Shown piece after piece: positions 49,093-64,000 of a stretch of DNA of 64,000 nucleotides. The notes beneath the pieces are model-generated. The model was given only the letters and a program-made list of their open reading frames with translations. It was not told the DNA's origin and did no database searches. Position 1 is the first letter of the stretch; the number at the start of each line of letters is the position of its first letter. The position numbers were made by a program, and so were the translations under genes. Origin of the DNA: Flaccisagitta enflata (lineage: Eukaryota). The stretch lies in contig OZ231126.1 in assembly GCA_965153355.1 (NCBI GenBank), positions 33,356,001 through 33,420,000 on the forward strand. The letters are read 5' to 3'.

Positions 49093-49808
49093 CGTCTTCG
49101 GATCGGACTGTGAAATACAAAACCTTTATAGCTCCTCAATCACTTGGAAACAAGGCCGGATACACGGCTACCCTAGTCGCGTGCGGGTGGGCAGGAGCAG
49201 TGCTGGAGAGGGTCACCAGGGCACCTGGGAAGGAGCCGTATGCTCAAAAAGCTCAAAAACGCCGAAAAAAGGGGACCAACCGACCGACCGACCGACCAAC
49301 CGACGGACCGACATAGCGGGTTGTAGAGTCGCGTAGCACGCGACTAAAAAGTCATAGAATTATTAATGAATATTGTTAATATGTGACGGTTTTTGCATGT
49401 CAAAGCTCAGATCATAGTATGGAAAAGGTGAGGGGAAAACAAAATATTTAAAGAACAGTTTTTTTTTTTGGAAGGTGCTGTTTTTTTCTCAGAATATGTT
49501 GCAAATAGATAATACATAAGTTAACATCTGTCATCCAAAATAAATCCAAGAGTTTTTGTTGAAATGCAAAGCAATTTCAAGCAGATAAAGATAATTCCTT
49601 TCTAAAGAAATGGGGAAAAATTGATCTTAATTAAAAATGGGTTTTCTTTCAACATTTTTTTCATCCTCACCTTTTCTATACTATGATCTGACCTTTGACA
49701 TGCAAAAACCGTCACATGTTACCGATATTCACTGAAAATTTCATGATTTTTTTCCAAGTAGTTTAGGAGCTATAAAGGTTTTGCATTTCACAGTTCGATC
49801 CAAAGACG
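49093..49808. mobile_element. Fold-back element with ~150-bp inverted arms
   Basis: CGTCTT.GGATCG.ACTGTGAAAT.CAAAACCTTTATAGCTCCT and TGTGACGGTTTTTGCATGTCAAAG.TCAGATCATAGTA mirrored on the right. Confidence 0.75.
49149..49350 (-). mobile_element. HINE-like element nested in a fold-back element
   Basis: Family termini; interrupts the left arm of the 49093-49808 inverted repeat at an A run. Confidence 0.75.
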
Positions 49809-50029
49809 GTGTAGTTAAGGATAATTGTAAACTATCTGGAGTGAACACCATCAAAAGCTAGTAAGACTTTCATCCTTTGTATATTGGAGAATTCTGGCCT
49901 TCGAAAAGGCAATGTTGTTTCAACCTTCATGGATAGACACAGATGGTCAGACGGTCAGACGGTCTGATTGAAATTTTGCTACTCGCGCAATTTTTTTTTC
50001 CCTGCTCAACGGAATCCTTGTGTAATTAC

Positions 50030-50724
<695 letters not shown>

Positions 50725-50729
<5 letters not shown>

Positions 50730-50894
50730 AGTTGCGGACACGCAACTCTATAAGAGCCTTTGTCCGTTGGTCCGTTGGTCCGTTGGTCCGTTGGTCCGTC
50801 GGTCCTTCGGTGTCAACGAGTCGAAAAGTGAAAAACGCGCATTTCCGCCCCTGCCCACCCGTCCGCAACTGATGGCCGTGTATCCGGCCTTGTT
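50725..50894 (+). mobile_element. HINE-like element
   Basis: TTTTTAGTTGCGGACACGCAACT, (GTCCGTTG)n, 3' hairpin GGCCG-TGTATC-CGGCC then TTGTT. Confidence 0.75.
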
Positions 50895-53052
50895 TCCAAA
50901 CGATTCGCCGAAAAGCCACCGATCGCATTCCATCCCCAAGTAATCAAATTGGTCATTGCTGACCGAAACCACGATAATCTCTGCCCGATGGCAGCATGCG
51001 AGAGAATTTTCGACAAAGACTGTTTTTATGACTGCCGGCAATTTCAGTCTCTCGTGCGTCTTGATTCTACCGGCTTCGAGTCAAGATCTACCGACTTCAA
51101 GTTTTCATTTCACCAGCTTCAATTTTTTTACAGACCGGTTTTCGAGTTTTGATTCTACCGGCAATCCGAGTCTCGATTTTATGGGCATCGGGTCACAATT
51201 ACAAGCACTTCTCGGCATCCGGCATATAGCATCCTCCACAGGTTTTCTCCCGTCGCACTAAGGGCCACGGATTGCGCTAAATGGCTCCTTGGGTATTTGG
51301 GTGAAAATTTTCATCTCTGCTATATGACGCAAACTAAGTAGAATGGTCATGGTAGTATTTGAGCATACATTATCGGTCCATATGACAGCTTTTATGGCAA
51401 TTTAGGGTGAAAAAAGGCAACCTAAATGGACATTACTACGAAAAATGCTAAATTTCAAGAAAAATCAATGAATTTTTTGGATTATCTGTTAAGATTACAA
51501 AAAGCTCATGATATCTTCAATATTGGATTGGATTCCTTCATTAATGTTTAAATGTCTGGAAAAATTAAAAAACATCATTATTTTTTATAATTCAGCACTA
51601 TTAAATTAGTCTACTATTACTACATATTAGACCTAATTTGCATGCTTTTATTACCCTATAAATATAAAAAATCGCACAAGGACGCACAATGAGCCACTTA
51701 TGCCAAAATGTAGTTCAAGGGGTCCTGAATCCAGAATGCTATGGCTCAAGCGGGCCTTCGAAGTCCAAATAGCGATTTTCTTGGCCTAAAATGGACAAGT
51801 AATAATGTGGATAAAAGTAAAAATCGATATTTTATTGGAAGAAAAATGAGCAAAATGAGCTAAATGAGCAAAAAAATGTTTTTTTTTTAGCATCTTATTA
51901 AGGAATCTTATTGAACAAAGACAAAAATTTAATTGATTTGGTCAAAACTTTAGACTATTTAAATAATAACTGTAAGCGAGTTTAGCAGTATTTTTCACTT
52001 TATTTTCTCAAATTTCTCTTCTTTTGTACTCTAAGCTCATAAAGCTCTTAATCAAACAGAAATGAGTCAATATTGGATATAAATAGTTTCATAACATCTG
52101 AAAATATGCAGAAAAATGTTTTTCACTCTGTATATTTCATAAGGAACAATGTAATGGAAAAGATGTAATGTTAATCCCCAATGAGCCACCTAGCGCACAA
52201 TACAGCCCACAGTGCGTCGAGTCCTTCCTGTCTCTGCCTCCGACAAAACAACCACAGCCTTTTGTTAGATTCGTGGTAATCAGTTGGGAAAAAAAGTCGA
52301 AGTCAGTGTTCGACTTTTTGTCATATTCGAGAGAAACTGGGTTTTTTATTTTCTTATGGGAAAGTTGTAAATCTCATGGGGCTGATTGGTGCCTCCAATG
52401 AAATTAATAGGGTAAGTAAATTTGATAATTCTCGTTCATTTGGCGCCAAGCCGAATGCTCTATGACAAATATTTTTTGTGTTATAAATCTTTAAAGACCT
52501 ATATATAAAAAATTCATATTGATTTTTTTTTTCAATTTTTTTTAATTTTACATAGGATTAATAAAAGAGTGTATTTTTGTTTTTCTGAGCATGCAAATAC
52601 AAAAAAACATATTTATGAGCATGGCTGCTCATCTGTGAAGATGTTTTTGAGCATTTTAGCTCATTTTGCTCGTTTAACTCAGTCTTTTTTTTCTGATTTT
52701 AAATGTAATAGATGAATGAATATTTTGATACATGTTTAAGTAAGCAAATGTAAGAAAACATGTCACTGAGCATAGCTGCTCATCTAAGAGGATGTTTTTA
52801 AGTATTTTAGCTCATTTAGCTCGTTTTGCTCATTTAGCTCATTTAACTTAATCTTTTTTTCTGTTCCTTAATCAGATGAATAAATGTTTTAATTAAGCAT
52901 GCAAATAGATGAAAGCATTTCAGTGAATATAGCTGCATATCTGGTTGAATTATTTTGAGAATTTTAGCTCATCTAGCTCATTTGGCTCAGTTCTATTTTT
53001 CTTTGATTTTCAGTGGAATCAATACATACAATTGCTCTTGATTTGATCAGCC

Positions 53053-53266
53053 GCCGTTACTGGTAATAACATCCGAGTCATAAAATGGCCAATGAAAACT
53101 CGCGCGGTCAGATGTTCAACAACACGAGCACAGAGGCTCATCCGCATCTTTTTTCCTCACGGCGACAGTCGCCATTACTGGTAATAACATCCGAGTCATA
53201 AAATGGCCAATGAAAACTCGCGCGGTCAGATGTTCAACAACACGAGCACAGAGGCTCATCCGCATC
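53053..53266 (+). repeat. Tandem duplication of a ~95-bp segment
   Basis: TTACTGGTAATAACATCCGAGTCA...GAGGCTCATCCGCATC occurs twice. Confidence 0.9.
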
Positions 53267-53356
53267 CGCATTTGATGGCCAAATGCAACGGCTTTTTTTT
53301 TTTTTTTCTTTAATGCAAATTCAAATTTTATTTATCCAAATGCAACGGCGAGGATA

Positions 53357-53439
<83 letters not shown>

Positions 53440-54350
53440 GATGGACATGAGCCGCAAACTTCACTTATCTTTTTGGGGGCTTTTTGGGCCATCAGACATG
53501 ATAAGACATCAAATTAATCGATCATAAGTTGAGATAACAAGATTGCACTATTGTTTTCAAAGACATTACTGGTTACTACCAAAACTTTTGCATTGAGAGG
53601 ATTAAAACGTATTTCCTGCCTCTGAATTAAAAAAAAAAAAGGTTTTCTAAATCTCGTATTTAAACTTAAAAGTCGAAATTAAAACAATAAAGTCTATCTC
53701 TCATGCGAGGATAATCGTTAGCCTAAGGCACTTGAGGTTTCATTCAACTTTCTCCCCGTCTGTTCACGAATCCCTCTTCAAATTTTTGTTCCGAGATAAA
53801 ACCTCATCACTTTCTTTCTCTTCATGCTGAATAGATGCGTGTGCGATATGTTTTTAAATCATCTTCCTCTACTTCTCGCTCTCGCTCTCGCTCTCGCTCT
53901 CTCTCTCTGTCTCTGTCTCTCTCTCTCTCTCTCCTATGATACTGGCTGGGCCAAGCAGATAAATGAGGTAATTGATCAATGGGACCTTGAAAATGACTGG
54001 GAGAAAATTGGAAAAAAGACCAAAAATGAGTAGACATAGACAAAGTTCTTGAAGTAGCTCAAGTCATTCTCAAAATCTGGGATTTGGGATATGGAAAGAA
54101 CCAGATGCGACAAAACCTAAATTAGAAGAGTAGGCAGCTGTTACTTATTTATTTCTTTATTGTATTGTTACAAAGTTTTTTAAGTTGTTACATAATAATA
54201 CGTAAGATATATTGTAGACGTAAAATTGCAGCCGTGGAGTGAAAATGTGATTCTAAATCATGTCCTTGTACTTAATCTCAGTGTGGATTTTTGTATGAAA
54301 GTGCTATCACTTTAATGGACTATTAAATTCAATTCAATTCAATTCAATTC

Positions 54351-54408
<58 letters not shown>

Positions 54409-54549
54409 ATCACTCTTTCTTTCTCTTTCAATCCCTGGTTTCCGCGCGCTCTTTCTTCTCCGTTCTTCATATCGTGATTTGCTGACAAAGAAAACCGCAA
54501 GAAGAATTTCTTTCCTTCCTTTGTTTCCGATTTTTAGATGCGCCTATCC

Positions 54550-54642
<93 letters not shown>

Positions 54643-54744
54643 AAGAGGGAAAACCGCGTTCGGCCCTTGAGGAAAACTCTGCGATAATTTTCAGAGATTT
54701 TTACAATTTTGTGGTCTGGTCCAACGAGAGAAAAAATCACGAGT

Positions 54745-54811
<67 letters not shown>

Positions 54812-55243
54812 ATGTCGTAAACTCGCCGTTTTCGTCAGTATCAAGGGTCAATCGACATGGAGGATTGCCTGGGCCAGAGAGCATAGAACATACAATGAGA
54901 TCCTGAGAAAGAGGAATGAAGGAAAGAAAGAATCAAAGAATGATGAAGAAGAGGGAAAGAGGCACATCCCGTGATTTTCTTATTGCCTTTTAAAGAATGA
55001 AGCTGCTCAAGAAGTTCTCCCTCGATATACATTATACACACACACGCCGATGATATTCGCCGCACTGCCGCAGTCGTCCGCCGCTGCCGCAACATCCAAG
55101 TGGCCGCAGCGGCTGTTGTTCGTCCGCGGACAGCGCGGCGGCCATTCGTAGTAGTTTCAGTCTAATTCTGCCGCAGCCGCTGTAAAAAAAAAGGGGAGGG
55201 TGAACGAAACATAGTGTTAAGAATTAGGAACTTGAAGACAAGC

Positions 55244-55616
<373 letters not shown>

Positions 55617-55934
55617 TTTATTGATTTAGTTCATGAACAACTGTATTTATTTTACTCACTGTTACACATTTTGATGTGTGAATACTAAACAATCATCAAA
55701 CCAGTCAAAAGATTCTTCACGGAGGGACGCATTCAAATGGTGCGTTGGAAAATGGATGATACCTATGAATGAATGAATTTTATTCCGGGACAAACAAAAA
55801 TTACAAAGAAACAGTAAGCGCTTGTGACCGAGGATAGCCCATAAAAGTCAAGAAAACAACTTTTTTTCCAATGATCTACGTAGTGGATAAAACTTAAAAT
55901 GCGTGTGATCACAAAACAACGGTTATAATATGGC

Positions 55935-56192
<258 letters not shown>

Positions 56193-56637
56193 TGAGGATG
56201 GATTGACATGACAGAATAGATCTTGTCGTGTAGATCTGGTCAGTTTCAAACTTTATGATGTAATGCGGAGAAAAGTCCAGGTATTGGAGATCCTAGATTT
56301 CTCTTTTCATCACTGGCACGTTGATGATGAGCAAATGGACCCCGGGAAAAGAATATATACTTTATAGCATTGTCACTTTGAGCGGCCGAGACAGACAGTT
56401 GACCAGACAGACCAACTCACTTTTACCAGAGAACTAATCATTGCGATAAACAACTTATCTCTTGATGTTGATAACGACCACATTATCCTCGGATAAGATG
56501 GTTCTTGTACATTACCTTAAAGTCAAATGAACAGATAGGCCAAACGGAGAACGAATCATCACGATGAACAACCTATCGAGCTATCTCTTGATGTTGATAA
56601 CGACCACATTATCCTCGGAAAAAATGTATTTATTGCA

Positions 56638-58708
56638 CACACATCTCTGGATACCCCCCTAAGGATAATCGAGAATACCATTTTTTCTGACTGTGCTATT
56701 TGTCTTCAGGAACATGTGGGCTACTAAAAAAAAAACAAAAAACAAAAAAAAACATCTGAAATTTTTTCATTTATTTCACTTTTTAGGTAAAAAAAACCCA
56801 ACATTTTGAGCACTTTTAAGTCAAACATTGTTTATAAAGCATAGAAAATAAAAAAAAAGCCCGAAATGTGTGGCAATACATAGAATATACATGTCTTTTC
56901 CCTTCAGAAAAAGTTTTCTTTTTGAGTAACTTACAGATTAGAGCTTAAAAATGACCTGAAAATGGCAAAATATAGCTTTTTATAGTATTTTTAAGTCTAA
57001 ATATGCTCACACAGTATTTTAACTCTCAAAATCCTAGAAATATGTAATAGTAGTCTGAGTTTAATTACTTTTACCCTGAATAATCAGTAATCTTAGATTT
57101 CATTTAGGTTTAGAGTTTAAAAATAGCCAAAAAATAGCAAAATATTGGTTTTTTAAGTAAAATATTATTCATGCAGTCCTATAAATCCAAAAAATACTGG
57201 AAATGTGTGGCAATAGATAGAAGATACATGTTTTTACCCTTCACAAAAAGTTCTTTTAGATATCTTACAGATTAGAGCTTAAAAATAGCCTAAAAATGGC
57301 TAATAAAAGTTTTTTTCAGCATTTCTAAGTTTAATTTTGTTCATACAGAATTTAACTCCCCAAAAATCTTAGAAATGTGAAGAAGTAGTCTGAGTTTAAC
57401 TATTTTTACCCTGAACAATCAGTATTTTTTTTTTAGATTTAAAGTTTAAAAATAGTTTATAAACAGCCTAAAAATAGCAAAATATTGGTTTTTTAAGCAT
57501 TTTCAAGAAAATATCTGAAGGGTAAAAAAATGTTTATTCTATCTATTGCTACACATTTCCAGTATTTTTTGGATTCATAAAACTACATGAGCAATAATTT
57601 ACTTGAAAAAGCTTTAAAAACCATATTTTGCTGATTTTTAGCAATTTTTAAAATGTAAACCTAAAAAAATCAAAAATTACTGATTGTTCAGGGTAAAAGT
57701 AGTTAAACTTAGACTACTTCTACACATTTCTAGGACCAATGAACAAATTTAGTCTTAAAAATGCTAAAAAAAACTATATTTTGTTATTTTTAGGCCATTT
57801 TTAAGCTCTTATGATGGCAAATTTTTGAAGGAAAATGAAGTGTTTCACCATATTTTTTGCATCATTATCAGGACAGTAATGAAGCTGGAATGCTTTCAGT
57901 GGACAAATTGTCTCTAAAGATACTTGGTGCATACAAATTTTTCATATTCTGACCTAAAATGTAATTTGAACTATGCAGTTCACATGAAAAAACAGAGGAA
58001 AATGATGATCTTTAATGAATTTCTGCTTACACTTTTTTGTATTTTCTTAGGTCGAAATTCTAAGAAAGCCACAAACAGAGAAATTTTGCATTTTGAAAAA
58101 CATAGTTCTCTCTGTAATCAATTTGGGAAAAGAACTATGTTCTTGGTTTTTGCATTTTTTCATTCTCTATGCAAATTCAGAATTTCGACCAGCCCCCTAT
58201 CAGTGACCAAAAATAAAAAAGAAAGAAATTTTCAACATTTTTTTTTAAGTATCATTGGCTAAACTTGGTCCTCTTGCTAAATAAATGCAAATTTTTCTTT
58301 TGAATATCATATCTTACCCATCTCAGTCACTTTTATTCACTTGTTTTTGTATTTTCTTTTATTCATTTTTTCTATTTTGACCTTCTTTGAAACACAAATG
58401 TTGGCTTTGGAGGAACGCCGTCTTATCTATAAAATATTCAAAAAAACTTTTTGAGAAAGGTGAAAAACATGTATATTCTATTTATTGCCACACATTTCCA
58501 GTATTTTCTAAGCTGCATGAACAATTTTAAGCTTAAAAATTGCTAAAAATATCTTTTTATTACCTAAAAAGTGAAATAAATGAAAAAATTTTAGATGATT
58601 TTTTTTTTAGTAGCCCACATGTTCCTGAAAACTGTTCCTGAAAACAAATAGCACAGTCAGAAAAAATGGTATTATCGATTCTCTTTGGGGGGTATCCAGA
58701 GATGTGTG
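56638..58708. mobile_element. 2.07-kb non-autonomous DNA transposon with long TIRs (CAC...GTG ends) and internal subrepeats
   Basis: CACACATCTCTGGATACCCCCC...TTTTTCTGACTGTGCTATTTG...CAGGAACATGTGGGCTACTAAAA mirrored at the right end. ~310-bp direct and inverted internal repeats. Segment ~57900-58290 resembles 36395-36790. Confidence 0.75.
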
Positions 58709-59665
58709 AGAAAAAACCGAATGAACAGACAGACCAACATACTTCAAACGGAGATCAGATCATCCAGATGGATAAAATCTCTCACAATTTGCGGGGTTTA
58801 GTCTTGCAATTGAAGCGGCTTACAGTTGGCGGAAAAGGTCTACCAATGCGGGCGGTCTGACATCGAGAGGAAACTTGTTGGTGTAGCGTAGGCGCGTCTG
58901 AAAACATTGAATCGATCGCAGTGCGTAGGCGATAATACACCGCGTTGGCTTCCTTATTACGTATCTCACTTTTCTATTCATAGGGTTTCCATCTCACAAC
59001 CTAAAAGACAGGTTTATAACCGCGAAGGCCTCAACTATGCATATATTTGTATATTACAGCCGAGTATAATTAAAAAGAAGACGAGCAAGCGCGATCATGC
59101 GTCCTGACTGTATCACTGCGTGGTGTGAATTTCACTGGGGAATAGGATTGATATATGGTAGGGACAGATGGATGGATACTGGATAGAGTGTCATAGAAAC
59201 TTTCCACACTTTCCTTCAAACCTGCAGACATACCCGCTTGTAAAGATGTGAGGACCTACCTGAGAGCTGACTCGGTGATATCACTGATATGCGAGTCAAA
59301 GGCAAGTAAATGGCGAGCCAAACAGGTGAATTGGCTTCCATACCCTTAATAATCAAATAGCTTAGAAGGCGCGTGAGCCAGATGATAAACGCAGCATTTG
59401 ACACTCGTCTTCAAAGACGCGGCGTCGCTTCGTAATGTTCACACTCGCGCATATCTAATCAGATGCGCAACAACAATGAGGCATTCAATCTCTTTTGCGG
59501 CAAACTACGACGAGCTATGGATGAAATCTGTCGGGGAGGAAGATGGGAGGAAAAGCACACTCACTGCTTAAAAGATAATATGAACGATAAAAGCGATGAG
59601 TCATTTCCTCGACGCTTCCCCCCCCCCCTATCCCCCTCACTCTTTTCCTCGCTCGTACGGGAGAC

Positions 59666-59897
<232 letters not shown>

Positions 59898-61271
59898 AAG
59901 ACAGAAAGATAGAGAGACAAAGCAACAGATTGACAAAAGAGCGAGTAAAAAACGATGAGAGAGGAACATGAATCATGAGGGTAGGCGTTTGGGAGAGATT
60001 GAGTCAGAGAGATGGAAAACAGCGCGGATATTTCATTATGTACACGTAAATCCAGATCCATTCGATCTCCCAGTGGATGTTCATTTATTGATGAGGGCGG
60101 CTGAGAAGCCAAAACAAGTAAGACACGTTGTTGAGCTATTTTCTACACTACGTTGCTAGAAGAGTACACGTGAGAACGATGAGACGGTTTATGGGCGAAA
60201 TTAACCGGGATGTATCAAAAATGGACCAGCGCAAAAGTTAGCGAATAAAGGTAGTCTAATAGGTCCATTTGCATAACATATGACTAAAGGGAAAGGGGAA
60301 ATCCAAATTTACTGTCGTTCATGGGCACGGACGGCCATGATAGGAAATCGACGATGAGCTTGGTCAATTTCGTCCAAACATCTCTCCCTTTATTTCAAAA
60401 GTATTCGTTGCTTTCCAGCCACGCCCAAAAGCCTCCATATATTTGTATCCGCTTCCAATGACAAACGCATCTATCGGTCACGAACCCTGTAATTACTGCG
60501 CAATTCTGTCTTCATTGCGCAATTCCTTCTATCTTCATAGAATTACCTCCTCTGATAAGCCGTTAAGTCGCGCTGATGTCAATTTTTCTCTCTCTCTGGT
60601 TCTTCTCTCGCCTTAAAAAAAAACGATATTTTGCCATGTTCTGAGAGGAGAGAAGAAAAGCAATCTGGAAAGTCATTGACGCGTGGCCATTATCGCAGGC
60701 GGCGATCGGTGGCGAGCGCGACAGCTTCCACTTCTACGACAATCAAACGCGAAAGAGAAATGAATTTGTACCCAACCATATATCTGCCGTATGGAATTCA
60801 ATGGAAAATGGGAACATGTAGACTGCGTGTTGCGTCATGCTTCGTAGTTGGTGGTCCGTTAGTTTAATTGTTAAATCTGCTTTAGAGGAGGATGTAAAAA
60901 CTCTAAATCCTTTTTAGGTGAGAAAAAGCAACTCTATAACTGGCTGTGTTCGTTAGTCGGTCGGTTGGTCGGTTGGTCGGTTGGTTGGTAACGCATTCGT
61001 TCGACGATCCACACGTCGCACCTTATTAGCCTCCTTACTTTAATGATCTCATTTGAGTTTTGTATCTCATTCTCCTATTCGGAGCTCGGGTTATTTTTTC
61101 AGCAGTTGACGTTCTTGACTGTATTTTTTCCGTACCGCACAGGACAAAGATGCCTAAATCCCCTGTCTGGTAAACAATTCATCTGTACCGTTGTTTAAGT
61201 TAGTAGAAGTCATCATGATAAATCTTACTTACGGGCAATTTCCTAATATTGGATAATGGAGAGAGAGAGAG

Positions 61272-61525
61272 AGGGCTTGTTTCTAGTGAAGATGAAAAAC
61301 GCGTTTGTTCTTGTGAAACGCGATAACAGCGTGAACACATATTCAAGATTTTCAACTGTCCCACGAGGGAGTGAGCGAAGTGAGTGAGCGAGCCCGTGAA
61401 CGGAGCGAGCGAGCGAAGCAGAGCGCTGCAGAGCGAGTGAAGGGAGCGAGCGGTGCGAGCGAACGAACATAGCGAGCGACCGAGTGGCCCTTTCAAAACG
61501 CGATCGTCTTTGACTAGAAACGCCC

Positions 61526-61527
<2 letters not shown>
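61272..61527 (+). mobile_element. MITE with short TIRs (GGGC..TTTCTAGT / ACTAGAAACGCCC), inserted in a (GA)n tract
   Basis: Terminal inverted match, GAGCGAGCGAAG motifs, second copy at 34409-34615. Confidence 0.6.
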
Positions 61528-61614
<87 letters not shown>

Positions 61615-62308
61615 CAACGGTGCATTGTCGCTACGCTCTAATTATAGATTTATATCATTGTTCCCCCTTATGTCAGAACCAATTTTCGAATTAGGAATAT
61701 TTTAGACAAATGGTTTCTTCTTACTTCCCTGATCAATGATCCTCCACCAGCTTTTACGTTGAAAAGTCAATAAATCCTCCCGCATTTGCTCTCTTCTCGA
61801 TTTACAAATGGTAACGCACGACTTCGTGTTTTGTTCCTCCTACGAAACATGACATCATCTTATTCGTATCGTCGCTCGTTCTTTGGTATTAGTCGCATGT
61901 TGGTTCCTTCACTGCATTTGTTCCGTGACTAGTTCGTTTTTGTCTTCATTCGTTAATGTGTTTCTCTAGTTGTTTCATCTGTGTTTACAATACCTCTGCT
62001 TGTATTTTCTGTGTGCTTTATGTGCGCTTTTTCTACCTGTATTCTCTGCTTGTTTCCTCTGCTTGTTTCCCCTGATTTTTCTCTGCTTGTTCCCTCTGCT
62101 TGTTCGTCTGCTCTTACGTCTGTTCGTTGGATTCAAATCCATTGGTGCGTTTCTTTCATTAGTTTTGTATTCCATTTTGTATTCCCCCTCCCCCTTCTTT
62201 ATTTCTTTTTTTCTCTTTCATTTGATTTTATTTCCCTTCTTCGCTTTATTCCTTTATCTCGCGGTCCATCGATTTATTCAAACGAGAAAAAAGGGGATGA
62301 AATGAGAA

Positions 62309-62680
<372 letters not shown>

Positions 62681-63494
62681 GAATAAATACATTGCAAGAT
62701 TGATTTAGTGAAGATATTGATTGATGTAAGAAAAAGGTAGATTGGTAGAAAGATAGATTGCAATATATGCGAATAGATGCTCAAATGGGTCGATGGAAAA
62801 CGACAGACAAATCTACAGAAAACGCTCAAAGGGGGACCCACGCGCTTTGGATTTAAGAGTAGATGCAAATCAGAATTGGGGATCGGGGAAAAGGTCGAAG
62901 TATGCGTTGAAAGTTCAAACCACAACAACGGTTTTTTGTTGGTTGGAATTAACAACAACTTTTGCTCCTCAGGTAGAAACGGCATCATAAAAAAAAGAAG
63001 CCAAAGAGAGAGAGAAAAAAACCCAAAGGAACGATCAACGCATCAATAGTCTAGGATTTAAGGAAAAGGACTCGGCGTTTTTGGGGCAAAGCGTGAAAAT
63101 TTGCATACGGGGTCAGTTTTTCGTGCCGAATAAGACTAGACGGGGTACACGTCGTTTTTCAAGTGTACCCGTTTAAATACGCGTTTTGTCTCTTTCAATA
63201 CTATGGCAATGCTGAAACCAGGCCTGAGACGGATGACCATAAAAAAAAAAAAAAAAAAAATATGCCTTTTTTCACTTGCACGCAAAATTTCAGCAAAATC
63301 GTCTAGTAGAGGTTATATTGCCGTTTGAAGTTTAGCGCCTATTTTCAAAAAAGCTATTTCATTTGTGTAAAATTGTTTTTTTTGAAAGTTTGAAATTTGT
63401 TTACTTGCATATATTACCCATTTACTTAAAAACAAAAAAAATCTGTTTCTTTTTTCCATTTTATGGCAAAAAAAACTACCAAGTTCAGCTTTTG

Positions 63495-63980
63495 GCCTGA
63501 TTTTCAAGAAAGCAGTGAAAAAATGTTAAACATTGGTTTACTGGCTCTGCTGTCATAAAGTGTACCCACTTATTCCCAAACTTTCAGGAGGGGTACATTA
63601 ACTGGAAAAGACAAAATTTAATTTCAAAGTCTAAAGAAAAATTTAAAGCATTTTTTTACCCTTCTTTGATATACGAAAAAATTCAATGCTTGATTAAGAA
63701 GCTGAAATTTGGCTCAGATATGCCCCTTACATATAGGGACTTGATACACAAAATTTTAGCAAATTGGTTGCTGCAGTCAGCTACCAAATGCCCTCAGTCC
63801 AAAAATGTGAAATTTTGGGTCGTTTTTTTTTAATTCTTTTGAAATTGAATTATGTCTTTTTAGGTTAATGTACCCTCTGAAAGTTTGGGAATAAGTTGTA
63901 CACTTTATGACAATAGATTCTGAAGGCCTCCAATGATTTTCATTATTTTCGCACTAGCCCTTTTTGAAAATCAGGTTAAA
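63495..63980. mobile_element. Fold-back element core (probably extends beyond the window)
   Basis: TGTCATAAAGTGTAC..ACTTATTCCCAAACTTTCAG..GGGTACATTAAC inverted at ~63865-63912. Confidence 0.65.
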
Positions 63981-64000
63981 TTTTGAAGTGCTGATTTTTG

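Overview
Eukaryotic (most likely invertebrate animal) genomic DNA, repeat-dominated, with no host gene I can support. The centrepiece is an intact, very young 15.8-kb Ty3/Gypsy LTR retrotransposon on the minus strand (13016-28854). It has TG...CA LTRs of 810/812 bp that are nearly identical, a GCTTG target-site duplication, a tRNA PBS, gag, and a -1 frameshifted pol (PR-RT-RNaseH-IN). Where env would sit, it carries two intact cargo genes. One is an SGNH/GDSL hydrolase with a complete catalytic set. The other is a 1088-aa protein with an apparently active DEDDy 3'-5' exonuclease, an acidic linker, and a C-terminal half that looks by eye like a Nibbler/Mut-7 (EXD3) helical domain plus a catalytically dead second exonuclease. 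My best candidate for a novel system is therefore a retrotransposon-borne small-RNA counter-defence cassette; this is inference and untested. The element also has structured RNA repeats, a candidate internal promoter, and a hairpin in place of a polypurine tract. The flanks hold many Helentron/HINE (DINE-1-like) non-autonomous elements, TIR MITEs, fold-back elements, a 1.8-kb tandem duplication and long microsatellites. All protein calls are from motif recognition by eye; no searches were run.
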